DNA of 64,000 nucleotides from the human T2T-CHM13v2.0 reference genome, Homo sapiens: NCBI GenBank assembly GCA_009914755.4, contig CP068257.2:42272001-42336000 (forward strand), in the 5' to 3' direction. The translations under genes and the position numbers were made by a program. Below, piece after piece: positions 49,534 through 62,966 of the stretch. A model generated the notes under the pieces. That model was given only the letters and a program-made list of their open reading frames with translations. It made no database searches and was not told the DNA's origin. How positions within the stretch are numbered: position 1 is the stretch's first letter; every line of letters starts with the position of its first letter.

Positions 49534-51566
49534 AGAATTTTAGATTTTTTTAAATCCGTGGTTGAAAAATAGGCTATGGCTGGCTTACTCATTGTGCTTT
49601 AGGGAAGCATGTATTTGAGTGAAGGAAATGATAAAAGGAATTTCATATCGGGCCCAGGCGCCGCCCACCCTGCAAGACAGTTTACAGATGCCTGCCCTGA
49701 CAGCTGTCTGCAGTTAGCCAGCGTCAGCCGAGGGGTCCTGAGATCCGCTGAAGGCTGCCTTTGCATGCCGACAGCAAGGGAAAAGTGCCACATGTCCCTG
49801 GGCTTGCCACAGGTGACCTTTGGATGGGACCATTCTCCAGACAGCGCAGCTCGTCTTTCCAGAACACTCATGGGGAGTGTGCCTGTGTCTGGCTGGCTGT
49901 GTGGGCTCCCATTCAGTTCATTCCCCTTCTCCAGCCTTTAGGCATGACCCTAAAGGCAGAGGTCTCAAGCACTTGCCAGGGGTGAGCCAGCGGTGGGGGC
50001 GCCCCTGCCAGGGCAGGCCTGCTGTGGGGGCTTGGTCAGCGAGTCTTCTCCCCACACGCAGGATTTCCTCCCGTCCACTGCCTCTGCCCACAGGTGACCT
50101 TTCTCTTTTAAAGGAATTGGGGTCCCTTGGTACCCCCACAAACCCTGAGTTCCCTCTCTCCTTTCTGCGTCCTTTCTGCTCGCCTGCATGTGCCTGCAGC
50201 ATCATGACCGCTGGGAAGACACTTCCCTGCACCTGCACGCTGTCTGCAGGCGTCTCTGGCCATCCTGGGCTGAGCTGCGTGATCTCGGGTAGCGGCCCTT
50301 TGTTCACCCGTGCAGGATGTCTTTGGAATTGGTCTCTAGTGTCCTTTATAAATAACTGGTATAAAAGAACCCCGGGCAATGGCCTTGCAGAAAGCCCACA
50401 CTTCAGAGCTGGGCTGGTGTCCAGCGCGAGAAGCCTGAGGCCGTCCTGAGCTGGAAGCCGCGTCCTGGTTCTGTGGGGCCATCCTTCCCGGACAACTGGC
50501 TGGGGGGCACAAGACTCTGGTGGCCGACAAGAGGCCCACCTGCTTGGCCTCCCTCTTGTCCTTCCCCACACGGCCCTCTGAACAGGACTAACTCCCTCTG
50601 AGGCCCACGTGTGACAAAGATGCACCGTTCTCACCACGGAACTCTTCAGCCCTGCAGTTCTCCCGAAGGTGAATGAGGGCATCCCAGAGTCCCCATCAGG
50701 AGACAGACGATGCTGCGTTCCCAGCAGCCCCAGAGCCCTCCCAGGCGTGCAGGTCTCCTGCCGGCAAACAGATCTCCCGGCACGAGCCCCTCCACACTTC
50801 TGGGAAGAGTGTCTTCAGCTCACCAGGCCGGAGCCAGGGGAAGAGACCAAGGGAGGAGGCTCCAAGAACCCCTGGGTGGGGGGGACAAGCACTCAAAGCC
50901 AGGACTGGCACCCCTCACATGCCAGCACCCACGGGGTCAGGTGTGCCCTGCTGTCTCTGGGGACCCCGCAGGCCTCTGGCCACCTGCCCAGCAGCAAGCC
51001 CCGTCGAGCACCCCCAGCCGGCCTTCCTGGGGGCGGGCTAGGCCTCACATGGCTTTTTTTTAAATATGGAAAACCAGTGTAACCCCAAAGCAAGTTTTAG
51101 GAGAAAATATAATTCCTATTACTCTGTCGTCTATAATTCCATTCTGCTCTTAACTCTTCATTTTTTCCCACTGTCTGTTCTGCAGACATACGATGGTTGT
51201 TTTCTGCTTCCTAATCATCTAGTGACATTTTTCATCTTCTGCACCTCTCACGGGGCGTGGCTGTGCGGTACTCGGCCACACCAAGGTGCACGTGAGAAGC
51301 GTAATTGGGCGTAAAGATCAGCGTCTCCATGCAGAGTGGCGGTTCTCTCCCTTTCTGCTGCTACCTTCCATCTGTCTCCTCCCAACTGTTGCTTAGAGAA
51401 AGTTATTGTAATTTCATAAAACGTACTCAGTGTAAGTCATCAAAACTCATGTTTAGCAGAGACTTCCTCTCTGGACAAAAATACTGTAGGTGTCTCCTGT
51501 GGGCGCTCCCTGACCATCCCAGGAGGAGGGGTCCTACCAGTGCCAACGCCCTCCCCCTGTCCGCAG

Positions 51567-51736
51567 AACTGGTCATGCTGCTGGAGTGGTGGTCCTGCAC
51601 GGAGTGTACACTGTTCACGGACCAGGCCACGGTAGAGCGCTTTGGGAAGGAGCACGCAGTCATCATCCTCAACCACAACTTCGAGATCGACTTCCTCTGT
51701 GGGTGGACCATGTGTGAGCGCTTCGGAGTGCTGGGG
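51567..51736 (+). CDS. AGPAT3: AGPAT3 coding exon 2: (Q)LVMLLEWWSCTECTLFTDQATVERFGKEHAVIILNHNFEIDFLCGWTMCERFGVLG; contains acyltransferase motif I NHxxxxD (NHNFEID); starts phase 1, ends phase 0
   Basis: The acceptor is ctccccctgtccgcag|AA and the donor is CTGGGG|gtgagc. Translation is contiguous with exon 1 and matches AGPAT3. Confidence 0.95.
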
Positions 51737-52190
51737 GTGAGCGGGGACCTGGGGAGGGCCACGGGTGAGCAGGAGGGTCCCGGGGAGGGCCGGGGGTGAG
51801 CGGGGACCCAGGGAGGGCCGGGGTGAGCAGGGGGTCCCTGCAGGGCTGGGGGTGGGGTGGTGACTGGGAGTGAGCTGGGCGGGGTCCCAGGAGGGCTGGG
51901 GATGAGCAGGGTGGGGTGGTCCTGGGGAGGGCTGGGGGTGAGTGGGGGGTCCCAGGGAGAGGCTAGGGTGAGCACCTTCCAGGGGAGGTGCTGGGAGTGA
52001 GCGGCAAGGGTCCTGGGGAGGATCTGGGGGAGTAGGCGGGTGCTGGGGTGAGCAAGAGGGCCCTGGGTGGGGGAGGTACTGGGTGGAGCAGTGGGGGTCC
52101 CAGCAGAGGAGCTGGGAGAGCCTTGGGTTTCCCAGGGAAAGGGCTAGGGGAGCAGGGGACTCCCTGAGGAGGTGCCGGGGAGGCCCCTGG
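51737..52190 (+). repeat. G-rich ~30-bp intronic minisatellite whose unit begins GTGAGC (consensus about GTGAGCGGGGTCCCAGGGAGGGCTGGGG), ~13 copies, starting exactly at the exon-2 5' splice site
   Basis: ggtgagcggggacctggggagggccacggGTGAGCaggagggtcccggggagggccgggGGTGAGCggggacccagggagggccggGGTGAGCagggggtccctgcagggctggg... Each unit re-creates a GGTGAGC/GGTGAGT donor-like heptamer followed by G-runs. Confidence 0.9.
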
Positions 52191-52738
52191 GGTCCGAGTC
52201 CCTGGGTGTTCCTCCTGGGGCGTCTCTTTGAGCTCGGCAGTGGTGCCTGGCTGGTTGAGGGGCCCTGGCCCGCAGGGCCTCAGCTGTCCCCGAGCTGTGC
52301 CCTCCTTTCTCATCATGGCCTTTGCCTTTGAGATGACCCCACCTGCGTCCCTGCAGAACCACTTCCGTTAGCTAAGCTGCCTCAGATGAAACCTAAACTA
52401 CTCCCCGATGCTGGCAGAAGAATTTCATTGCAGTCAAAGCCCCTGTGTGAGGCAGCACCCCCAGGCCACCCCCCGGAAGCCTGGCAGCCTCTGCATCCGG
52501 CTCATCCACCTTCCCTGAGGGCCCTCCCAGCCAAGCCTGAGCCTCAGTTTCCTCATTTCTGGGGCGACCCACTCACCCTCAGAAGCCGGGTCCTGCTTCA
52601 CAGCAGACCCCCTGAGCCACAAAGCCGTGACTCCTAGAGCGACACCACACAGGAGCTGGGTGCAGCGGGAGCCTGGCCAAGCCCCTGGCCTCTGTCCGAC
52701 GCTGAAGTGCCAGGTGCCCCTCCTTCTCCTCCCTCCAG

Positions 52739-52900
52739 AGCTCCAAGGTCCTCGCTAAGAAGGAGCTGCTCTACGTGCCCCTCATCGGCTGGACGTGGTA
52801 CTTTCTGGAGATTGTGTTCTGCAAGCGGAAGTGGGAGGAGGACCGGGACACCGTGGTCGAAGGGCTGAGGCGCCTGTCGGACTACCCCGAGTACATGTGG
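52739..52900 (+). CDS. AGPAT3: AGPAT3 coding exon 3: SSKVLAKKELLYVPLIGWTWYFLEIVFCKRKWEEDRDTVVEGLRRLSDYPEYMW (phase 0/0)
   Basis: The acceptor is ttctcctccctccag|AGC and the donor is ATGTGG|gtgagt. Translation matches AGPAT3. Confidence 0.95.
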
Positions 52901-53271
52901 GTGAGTGCGCGGAGCAGCCCGATACCCTGCATGCCTGGAGGAGGCCACGCCAACTCCTGATGCACGGCTGCCCACATCCCAGGCTGGGAAACCCCATGAG
53001 AGCCTCTGCACATGGGGTGCTGTTTCCATGGGGCCATGACTCCCCCATCTGAGCTGCAGGCGTGGAGGCTTCTCTTGGGCCACCTGCTTGCTACTCGCCG
53101 CAATCCCAGCTCTGACCAGGCCATCCTAAGGGGATCTGGCCGGGGGAGGGGGCAGAGCAGGGTGCCCCCAGTGAGCCCTGGCTCTGCCCGCCCTGCTCAG
53201 TGTGCATCCCCATTCTTTTTCTGTCCCTTCTTCCTGGTCTGTCTTGGAAAATGGGCTGCCTGTGCTGTTAG

Positions 53272-53926
<655 letters not shown>

Positions 53927-54273
53927 TGCTGTTAACATTTCTAACTCATGCTGTGGCAAGTCGATGAAACCCTCTCTGTTTTCACACTGCTCAGAGGCTG
54001 CTGCCCCAACACACCTTCATGTTTCACTTCTTTCTGGAAAGTTCTTTCTGGAGAGCTCTCCTGTGTGAATGAACGTGTGTGACTGGAGTGCAGACTGTGG
54101 CCCTAGAATAAAAGAACCTTTCAGTCATAACCCATGCTGCTCGCTAAAGCGGTTCCAAGATTTCCACAAATTCAGCCACAACCTTTGCTGCCTGTCAGAG
54201 AGGCAGGCCTGGCCTGGACATGCACCCACCCCAGCTGCTCTGTGGAGTGACCCTGTCTCCGTGTTGATCCTAG

Positions 54274-54427
54274 TTTCTCCTGTACTGCGAGGGGACGCGC
54301 TTCACGGAGACCAAGCACCGCGTTAGCATGGAGGTGGCGGCTGCTAAGGGGCTTCCTGTCCTCAAGTACCACCTGCTGCCGCGGACCAAGGGCTTCACCA
54401 CCGCAGTCAAGTGCCTCCGGGGGACAG
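54274..54427 (+). CDS. AGPAT3: AGPAT3 coding exon 4: FLLYCEGTRFTETKHRVSMEVAAAKGLPVLKYHLLPRTKGFTTAVKCLRGT(V); contains motif III EGTR and motif IV region (LPRTKGF); ends phase 1
   Basis: The acceptor is gttgatcctag|TTT and the donor is GGGACAG|gtaggc. Translation matches AGPAT3. Confidence 0.93.
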
Positions 54428-55008
54428 GTAGGCCCCAGACTGCCCGAGCCGGGGCCACCGCTATGCTCACGGAAAATAGTGATTTCTTTAAAAAAAAAAA
54501 AAATGAGTGCATTCCATGTGAAACACAGAAGAACAGAAGTGCAAAAGGAATCAAGTGAGGGGGTCGGCGCCGCAAGGTTCCCGCGTCAGGTTTTGAGGTG
54601 ATAAAATGCTAATTCATGAGAAACAATTAAAATAATAAAAAATACATAATGCAAAACCTTATGAAGGGAAAATAATCATTATTGTATCTTATTAATCCAA
54701 AAGGAGTCAAAATAAAAGAAAGGGACAAAGAACAGAAAACAGCCAGACAGCAGGGTCACACTCACAGCGTCAGTACCCATGGGAAACGTCAGCCACTAAA
54801 TGCCCTCACCAACAGAGAATGGGGAAAAAAGAGGGGGAAAGAAAACTTAGAGAAGAGGTCCTGGTGTGTTCTCCCCAGGACGGGGCCAGACCCCTCACGC
54901 GTTCTCCCCAGGACGGGGCCGGGTCCCAGGTGGAACTTGCTTTTCCCTCTGGCAGTGACCATGCAGCCGCCTGGGCTGGGTCATTCACCCTCCCGTCTCC
55001 TCCCACAG

Positions 55009-55111
55009 TCGCAGCTGTCTATGATGTAACCCTGAACTTCAGAGGAAACAAGAACCCGTCCCTGCTGGGGATCCTCTACGGGAAGAAGTACGAGGCGGAC
55101 ATGTGCGTGAG
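55009..55111 (+). CDS. AGPAT3: AGPAT3 coding exon 5: (V)AAVYDVTLNFRGNKNPSLLGILYGKKYEADMCV(R); phase 1 in, phase 2 out
   Basis: The acceptor is ctcctcccacag|TC and the donor is GTGAG|gtgagg. Translation matches AGPAT3. Confidence 0.93.
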
Positions 55112-55770
55112 GTGAGGCCAGACCCTGTGGCTCTCGCGCCGCCCCCCATACCTTCATGAGCTTGCGCTGGGCAGAGGCCAGGAGGGTGGCTGGGTCCAGG
55201 CCCCACGTCCCACAGCCCCGCAGGGTGGAACTCACACGGAAGGCCTGTCTGCAGCCCTGCCCTGCTGAGCAGACACAGGAGAGGCCCTGCAGGACTCGTC
55301 CGGGGCTTGGGTTGCAGGCCACGGAGAGGACATGGAGACACGGGGGATGTGTGGGGAGACTCACCATTGCCCACGGTGTGTTTCATTCCTTTGGGGAAAT
55401 CATTGACCTGGCTTTCGAGGCCACCTCCATCCTCTCCTTCTGCCTCCTTGGGAAGCCCCTGTAGTTCCCTCTGTAAGATGCTCTGTCCCTTCGTGGGCTT
55501 TGTCTCAAACCCCACTGGGCTCCATAAGTCTCCTGGGGCCCACAGTCACACGACCTGGGGGGCATACGGTGCTGACTTCTCACCGAGGGGTGAAACCCAG
55601 GCAGGTCTCTTGGTGGGCAGGACGGGACCACCTGCGGAGCCCCTGGCCTGAAGCAGCGCTGGTGATGGGAGTGGCTTTCTGCTGGCCCTGGTGATGGCAG
55701 CCGCAGCACGCGAGGGACCGCAGTGTCTGAAGGAGACAGTGGTGAAGGGAAAGGAAGAGCCTGTTTGATT

Positions 55771-56066
55771 TTTTTTTTTCTTGGAGACGGAGTTTCACCC
55801 CATCGCCCAGGCTGGCATGCAGTGGCTCAATCTTGGCTCACTGCAACCTCCGCCTCCCCGGTTCAAGCAATTCTCCTGTCTCAGCCTCCTGAGTAGCTGG
55901 GATTACAGGTGCCCACTACCTCGCCTGGCTAATTTCATATTTTTTTAGTAGAGACAGGGTTTTACCATATTGTCCAGGCTGGACTCGAACTCCTGACCTC
56001 AAGTGATCTGCCTGCCTCGGCCTCCCAAAGTGCTGGGATTACAGGTGTGAGCCACCACGTTGGGCC
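55771..56066 (-). mobile_element. Alu SINE (antisense)
   Basis: tttttttttcttggagacggagtttcaccccatcgcccaggctggcatgcagtggctcaatcttggctcactgcaacctccgcctccccggttcaagcaattctcc... Confidence 0.9.
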
Positions 56067-57659
56067 GAAGAGCCTTTTTCAAACCCTGTCTTGAGAGTTG
56101 GGGCTTCAGTGCTATGGGGCCCCAGTCCTGTCCCAATGAAATAAAATGGGAGTGGCGTGTCTAGACCCCAGGAGGAGCCTGGGGCTTGCTCTGCAGGGTA
56201 CCAGCGGCTTTCCTTGGGGCAGTGTGTCTCTTTCCCCACACAGTCAGGGCTGTGGGTGCCGCCACCAATCCGTTGCTGCCCTTGGACTCTCCAAGCTTCT
56301 CTGGCTCACATAGAGGAGAAAATCCACCCAGAAATCCTGTTGACTTAAAACACAGGCTGGGGTTGTGACCTTGATTCCAGCACAAATCATCATTTCAGGC
56401 AGGCCTTTGAGGCACGAAGAAACCGTGCGCTGGATGGCCCTTGTTGAGCTTGTCAGTCTCTGGTTTCATTCAAGTGTGTGCGGAAAGGCAGGGCCCTCCT
56501 TGCCACATGTAAAGCTGCACAGAGCGGTCACTATATGTGTTTCCATATTTGCAATCCAACCACCACCAACTGAGTGTGCGTCCTGATCAGCCGAGCCTGC
56601 CCACGGTGGCCACAGGCCCTCTACATTCTAATCTCGAGAGCCTGAGCATGTACAAATTAAACGAAGCAAAACGACACCACCCAGTTCTGGCCGTACTATA
56701 GGAGGTTTCCAGGAAGGGTTTGTGAACATAAACATAAGCTAGGTAACACTCCTTTCTGAAGTTCAAGGACTGGCTGATTAGAGGCGGAGGCGTTCTTCTC
56801 CCGACCCGGGGTCAGTGGGGCCACGAGCTGAGAGTTCTCTCCCTTATGTGCCTAAAACCCCTGGGAGGGAGCTCTGAGCCACTGTGGACCATGGAGGCTG
56901 CGGTGACTGACCGGGGCCCTGGACGGTCCAGATGGCAGGCTGGGACAGGACATGAGAGGGGATGATAGCAGCTGGTGGCCCTGTGCCAGATCCTGGCCAC
57001 AGCTGGCCTCAGTCATCTTCACGAGAGGAGCCCTTGAGGCACGTCTTGCTCTCATCCTTGGGTGGTTAGTGGTGGCTTGAGGCTGGGTGGTCAGAGTAGC
57101 TGTCCAAGGTCAGCACTGGCCATGGAGGAGCCCGGCCACCCGCCAAGCTGCACGGCGCCTCCGCCTCGGGTGCCACACAGCCCCCCACGGAGAGACTCCT
57201 CATCCGCCATCCTCCCTGCCGCTGCCTTTATTTTGCCCGATCATATTTTAATAAATACTCGCTTTGAACTTGTAAGGCTTCGGCTGTTCAGGTCACTCAC
57301 CGCTTCGCTGTTTGAGGAGCAGCAGTGTCCCCGCGCGCCCCTGCAGCCGAGCCATCACAGCGCCAGGCTCCCCACAGCATGGGGCTGGCCCTCTTTCCTC
57401 CTGCTTTGGTGGCGATGCCCAGGGCCATGGGGAAGCAGGGCCAATGTGTGCAGGACGGCTGCAGGGCTCTCCTGTCCCCAGGGCTGGCCCCTGGGCCGAG
57501 GGCCTTCAAGTGGCTTGAGTCAGCTCCAGGAGGCAGATGCTCAGGGTGACACCCTGGGGTGCAGAAAAAAAATAGAATTTTTATTTATATTTACTTTTTA
57601 TCTTATTTTTAATTCTTATGTTTATATGTTTCATAATGTATGTAACAGACATACGATAA

Positions 57660-59060
57660 AACCTGTATGTGGGGCATGTGTGGGTGTGTGTGTGTTCATG
57701 TGGGATGTGTATGTGTGGTGTGTATTATGTATGTAGTATATGTGATGTGTGCATGTGTGGTGTACGTATGTGCATTGTGTGTAAATTATGTGTGTGTTGT
57801 ATATGGGTGTGGTATTTGCAGTATAGTGTGCATATAAATTATCTATGTGTGTATAAATTATATGTGTGTATAAATTATATGTGTGTGGTATGTGTGTAAA
57901 AATTTGTATAAATTATATATTCGTGTGGGGTGATGTATGTGGTGTGTGTATAGTGTGGCGTGTGTATAAATTACATATGTGTATGGTGTGTGTGATGTGT
58001 GTGTGGTGTGTGAGGTATGGTGTGTGTAAATTATATTTGTGGTGTGTGTTGAACTGTGTGTGGTATGTGTGTATAAATTATAAATGTGCATGTGTGTGCA
58101 AAATGGGTGGGTTTGGTGTGTGGGGTATGTGTGGTATAGTGTGTCATGTGGTGTGTGTGTAAATTATATGTGTGTGGTGTGTGTGTAGTGTGTGTATATA
58201 AATCGTGAGGGTGGTGTGTGTGTGGTGTGTGTGTATAAATTATGTGTTTGATATGTGTGGTGTGGTGTGTATAAATTATAAATGTGTGTGTGGTGTGTGT
58301 ATATGAATCAGGGTTGGTGTGTGTGGTGTGTATAAATTGTATGTGTTTGATGTGTGTGGTGTGTACGACATGGGGCTGTGTGTGTCAGGGACCACAGCCA
58401 GCCAGTGTGGGCCTCTGGGCAGGCCCCTCCCCTCACTGTAGACAAAGAAGCCTCTGCGCCTCGGTTGTTCCTCACATGGCGTCTGTGGCAAATCCTCCCC
58501 ATGCCAGTTGAACCTGGGGCCAATGTGAAGCTGCTTTTATTTACTGGGACGTGATGTTGTCTTCATAGCCATCTGCTCACCAGCATGCGGCAGAGGCTTG
58601 TGAACACTGCATGTGTGCTGGTGTGTGCTGTGTGCTGTTGTGTACTGGCGTTTGCTGATGTGTGTGTTGTGCACTCGCATGTGATGTGTATGTGCTGGCA
58701 TGTTGCATGTGCTGGCATGTGCCAGTGTGTGCACTGGTGTGTAGTGTGTGCTGGCATGTGGTATGTGTCGAGGTGTGCTGGTGTGTGGTGGGTGCTGGTG
58801 TATGGCATGTGCTAACGTGTGGTGTGTTCTGGTGTGTGCTGGTGTGTGGTAATGTTTTGGTGTGTGCTGGTGTGTGGTGTGTTCTGGTGTGTGCTGGCGT
58901 GTGGTATGTTTTGGTGTGTGCTGGCATGTAGTGTGCTGGCGTGTGCTGGCGTGTGGTATGTTCTGGTGTGTGCTGGCATGTGTGTGGCATGTGCTGGCAT
59001 GTGTCGGTGTGTGCACTGGTGTGTGGTGGGTGCTGGTGTATGACGCATGCTGGCGTGTGC
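57660..59060. repeat. Second GT-rich minisatellite ~1.4 kb (two sub-arrays: TGTGTGGTGTGTATAAATTATATGTGTG-type 57660-58370; GCTGGTGTGTGCTGGCGTGTGGTATGT-type 58560-59060)
   Basis: Direct reading. It is in the AGPAT3 intron between coding exons 5 and 6 and is the source of many spurious Cys/Val- and His/Thr-rich ORFs. Confidence 0.93.
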
Positions 59061-59692
59061 TTGTGTTGCAACGAGACTCAGCTTTCACTTCTGATGGGGT
59101 GAGGATCCATAGGTGGAATCCTCATACACCAAAGCTTTGGGTTCCTCAGTTCCTAGACAGAAGTGTGAGGCGCGTGACCCTAGAGCGTGGAGACCTGCCT
59201 GGCTGTGGAAACCTCACCCATGGGCCCCGCAGCTCAAGCCTGGTCTTTCCTGCTCTGAGGTGCGTCGTCGCCCCCTCCTGGGCGCTGGGAGCACTGCGGT
59301 TGCCCGTGGACAGCAGGTTCCTACCTGTGTATCTTAATTTTGGGTTTTTTTTGTTTGTTTGTTTTCGTTTTTGTTTTTGGCTTACAACGCAGCGATTTGC
59401 TTCTCCCTCATAAAGGTCCACGATGAGCCCAGACAGTGCTCGGGGCAGCCCAGCTGTCCCCACCTGGTGGCACGGGGCCGCCCTTCCTTAGCAAAGTGAT
59501 TCTCTGACGGCCGTCGCAGGGAAGAGGCAGCATTGAGCACCCGCTGTTAAGATGCTCCCTTACGGAAGCGACTTGTGGGAGGCAGGGATGTGTGTTTTTC
59601 TTTTCCTTTTTTTTTTTTTTAAGAGAAAACCACATTTTATTTTTGTTAATGTTGAAGTTAATTTTCAATAAAATTTTATAGAAAATGATTTT

Positions 59693-60120
59693 TATTTTTT
59701 TTTTTTGAGACGGAGTCTCGCTCTGTCACCCAGGCTGGAGTGCAGTGGTGCAATTTCATCTCACTGCAACCTCCGCCTTCTGGTTCTAGCAATTCTCCTG
59801 TCTCAGCCTCTCGAGTAGCTGGGATTACAGGCGCATTCCACCATGTCTGGCTAATTTTTGTAGTCTTAGTAGAGATGGGGTTTCACCATGTTGGTCAGGC
59901 TGGTCTCGAACTCCTGAGCTCGTGATCTGCCTGCCTTGGCCTCTCGAGTAGCTGGGATTACAGGCACATTCCACCACATCTGGCTAATTTTTGTAGTCTT
60001 AGTAGAGATGGGGTTTCACCATGTTGGTCAGGCTGGTCTTGAACTCCTGGCCTCGTGGTCTGCCTGCCCCTCGGCTTCCCGAAGTGCTGGGATTACAGGC
60101 ATGAGCCACTGTGCCCGGCT
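59693..60120 (-). mobile_element. Alu SINE (antisense, ~430 bp) with an internal ~130-bp tandem duplication of the right-arm segment; TSD gaaaatga
   Basis: The segment ctcgagtagctgggattacaggc[g/a]cattccaccac[g/a]tctggctaatttttgtagtcttagtagagatggggtttcaccatgttggtcaggctggtct[c/t]gaactcctg occurs twice. Both copies share private variants (tagtctt, ggtcagg). Confidence 0.88.
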
Positions 60121-61216
60121 GAAAATGAATTTAATTTTAATCAGTTTGACTGTAAGGCAAGATTTTATGAATTTCGTATAACTTTCATAATTGTTTTGAA
60201 TGAAAGAGTACATTCACGTTCTAAGAAAACTCTTCAGACACATGAGCCAAATTTTGTTCTTATATCAGTGTTTTTAATTTTATTGCTTAATTTATATAAA
60301 CAACCTGTTTATATAAATTAATAGCCTGAATAGCCTGTTTTGAATAGTAGCCAACTTGTTCAGATATGTGTTTTTCTTAACTGCCCAGAGGGAAGGGAGA
60401 ACTGGGCACCAGTGAAAACAGGTCACGCCTACCTGACGTCTTGCCGTGTGGCTCAGTGACGGGCGCTGTGGACGTGGCAGCCCCTGAATCCCAGCTCCCG
60501 TACACACAGTATCACTGCTGCCTTAGTCACCACCGTCATCCTAGCTGGCAAACTTGGTGTTCTTATTAAATTGTAAAAGTATTTAAAAGATTTTAATATA
60601 TCATATGTGAGCGGCTTACCCTGTGTACTTACTCAAATTCCAACTGACTTTTAAAATAAGAGCTGTAACATGTTACTCATTTAAAATTTTCCGATTAGAT
60701 TTGTCCAATTAGGTAATTTGTAATTACCCTGCTTATCTTACCAAGTAGAGGTGTCAACTTGTGGGCTGCTAATCCATTTGGTAGATTAGCACTTAATCTT
60801 GGTAGATTTAGTATGTAAATAAATGAGTGTCCAGACAGAAATCAGCTATTTCATAATGGAGATGAAAATGCCTACATTTTTAATACTTTTCATATTTGAA
60901 GCAAGTGGATTTCATTTGTGAAATAATCTTTGCCTAATGAAAGACACTCTCAGTCATGACTGTCTCTGAAGAATGAACATATTAAGAAAGACCAGAACTC
61001 TCGGGAGCGCACACATGACCACCCTTCTCATGGGACCAGGGGCGTGGCCTGCCCGGTTAAATCACTCGTGGGCACCCTGGGGGTTAATGCTGCCGCCACC
61101 CTGCACAGAAGGCCACATCCTGGCCTCTCGCCGCCATGCCACGCTGACTGTGTACTCAGGGCGGATGCCTGAGGAGAAGCTCATTTAATGTTTGTTTTTA
61201 GAAATTGAGAGTGAGA

Positions 61217-61611
<395 letters not shown>

Positions 61612-61666
61612 CTAGTGTGAGGTCATGTGGTGATTCACCCTACCTTGAATCTTCTTCATAAAACAG

Positions 61667-61742
61667 GAGATTTCCTCTGGAAGACATCCCGCTGGATGAA
61701 AAGGAAGCAGCTCAGTGGCTTCATAAACTGTACCAGGAGAAG
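61667..61742 (+). CDS. AGPAT3: AGPAT3 coding exon 6: (R)RFPLEDIPLDEKEAAQWLHKLYQEK; phase 2 in, phase 0 out
   Basis: The acceptor is cttcataaaacag|GAG and the donor is GAGAAG|gtaagc. Translation matches AGPAT3. The remaining C-terminal exons lie beyond position 64000. Confidence 0.93.
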
Positions 61743-61876
61743 GTAAGCAGGCTCTGCTCCCGCTCAGGGTCCCGGTCTCCTGAAGAGGCTGTGGAAGGGG
61801 TGCTGGCGAGCAGGCAGGTGACACGTGGGAACTCCGTGGGAGACAGGAGTGCCACCCAGGTCCTAAATACTCCTGA

Positions 61877-62245
<369 letters not shown>

Positions 62246-62636
62246 TGAGAAATTAACAAACTACAGACAAGTATGAAGGGTAACATGATGCCTGTATAAT
62301 TATGGCTGGTAACATTTGGTCACATTTGTTTCATTTTCTTAAAAGACATTACAGGTATGTAACAGACATAGATGGTCACTAGACTCCTTGTATAACAGAA
62401 ACAAATTAGGGATGTTAGAGCATTGCTTTGAAAACCACACTCAGTTCTTATTTCTTTCCCCCACGGCTTACTCAGCCCAAGAACTACTTTCTCTTTGTTT
62501 TATACGCACAAATGCATGGGGCATTCGATTTCCACTGTCGGCCTTGTGGGAGAGGAGATAACCAGGAAATCCTCCCAGGATGTAAAAAATATCATCGTAA
62601 ATGCATTGATGGGCTCTCAAGAAAATAAGGGAAATC

Positions 62637-62966
62637 GGTCGGGTGCTGTGGCTCATGCCTGTAATCCCAGCACTTTGGGAGGCCGAGGTGGGCAGATCAC
62701 CTGAGGTCAGGAGTTCAAGACCAGCCTGACCAACATGGGTGAAACCCCGTCTCTACTAAAAATACAAAAAATTAGCTGGGCCTGGTGGCGCATGCCTGTA
62801 ATCCCAGTTACTGGGGAGGCTGAGGCAGGAGAATCGCTTGAACCCAGGAGGTGGGGGTTGCAGGAGCCAGGATCGCCCCATTGCACTGCAGCCTGGGCAA
62901 CAGAGTGAGACTCCAACTCAAAAAAAAAAAAAAAAAAGAAAGAAAAAAAAAGAAAGAAAAAAAAAA
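62637..62966 (+). mobile_element. Alu SINE with TSD aagggaaatc
   Basis: ggtcgggtgctgtggctcatgcctgtaatcccagcactttgggaggccgaggtgggcagatcacctgaggtcaggagttcaagaccagcctgacc... with an A-rich (AAAGA)n tail. Confidence 0.92.
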
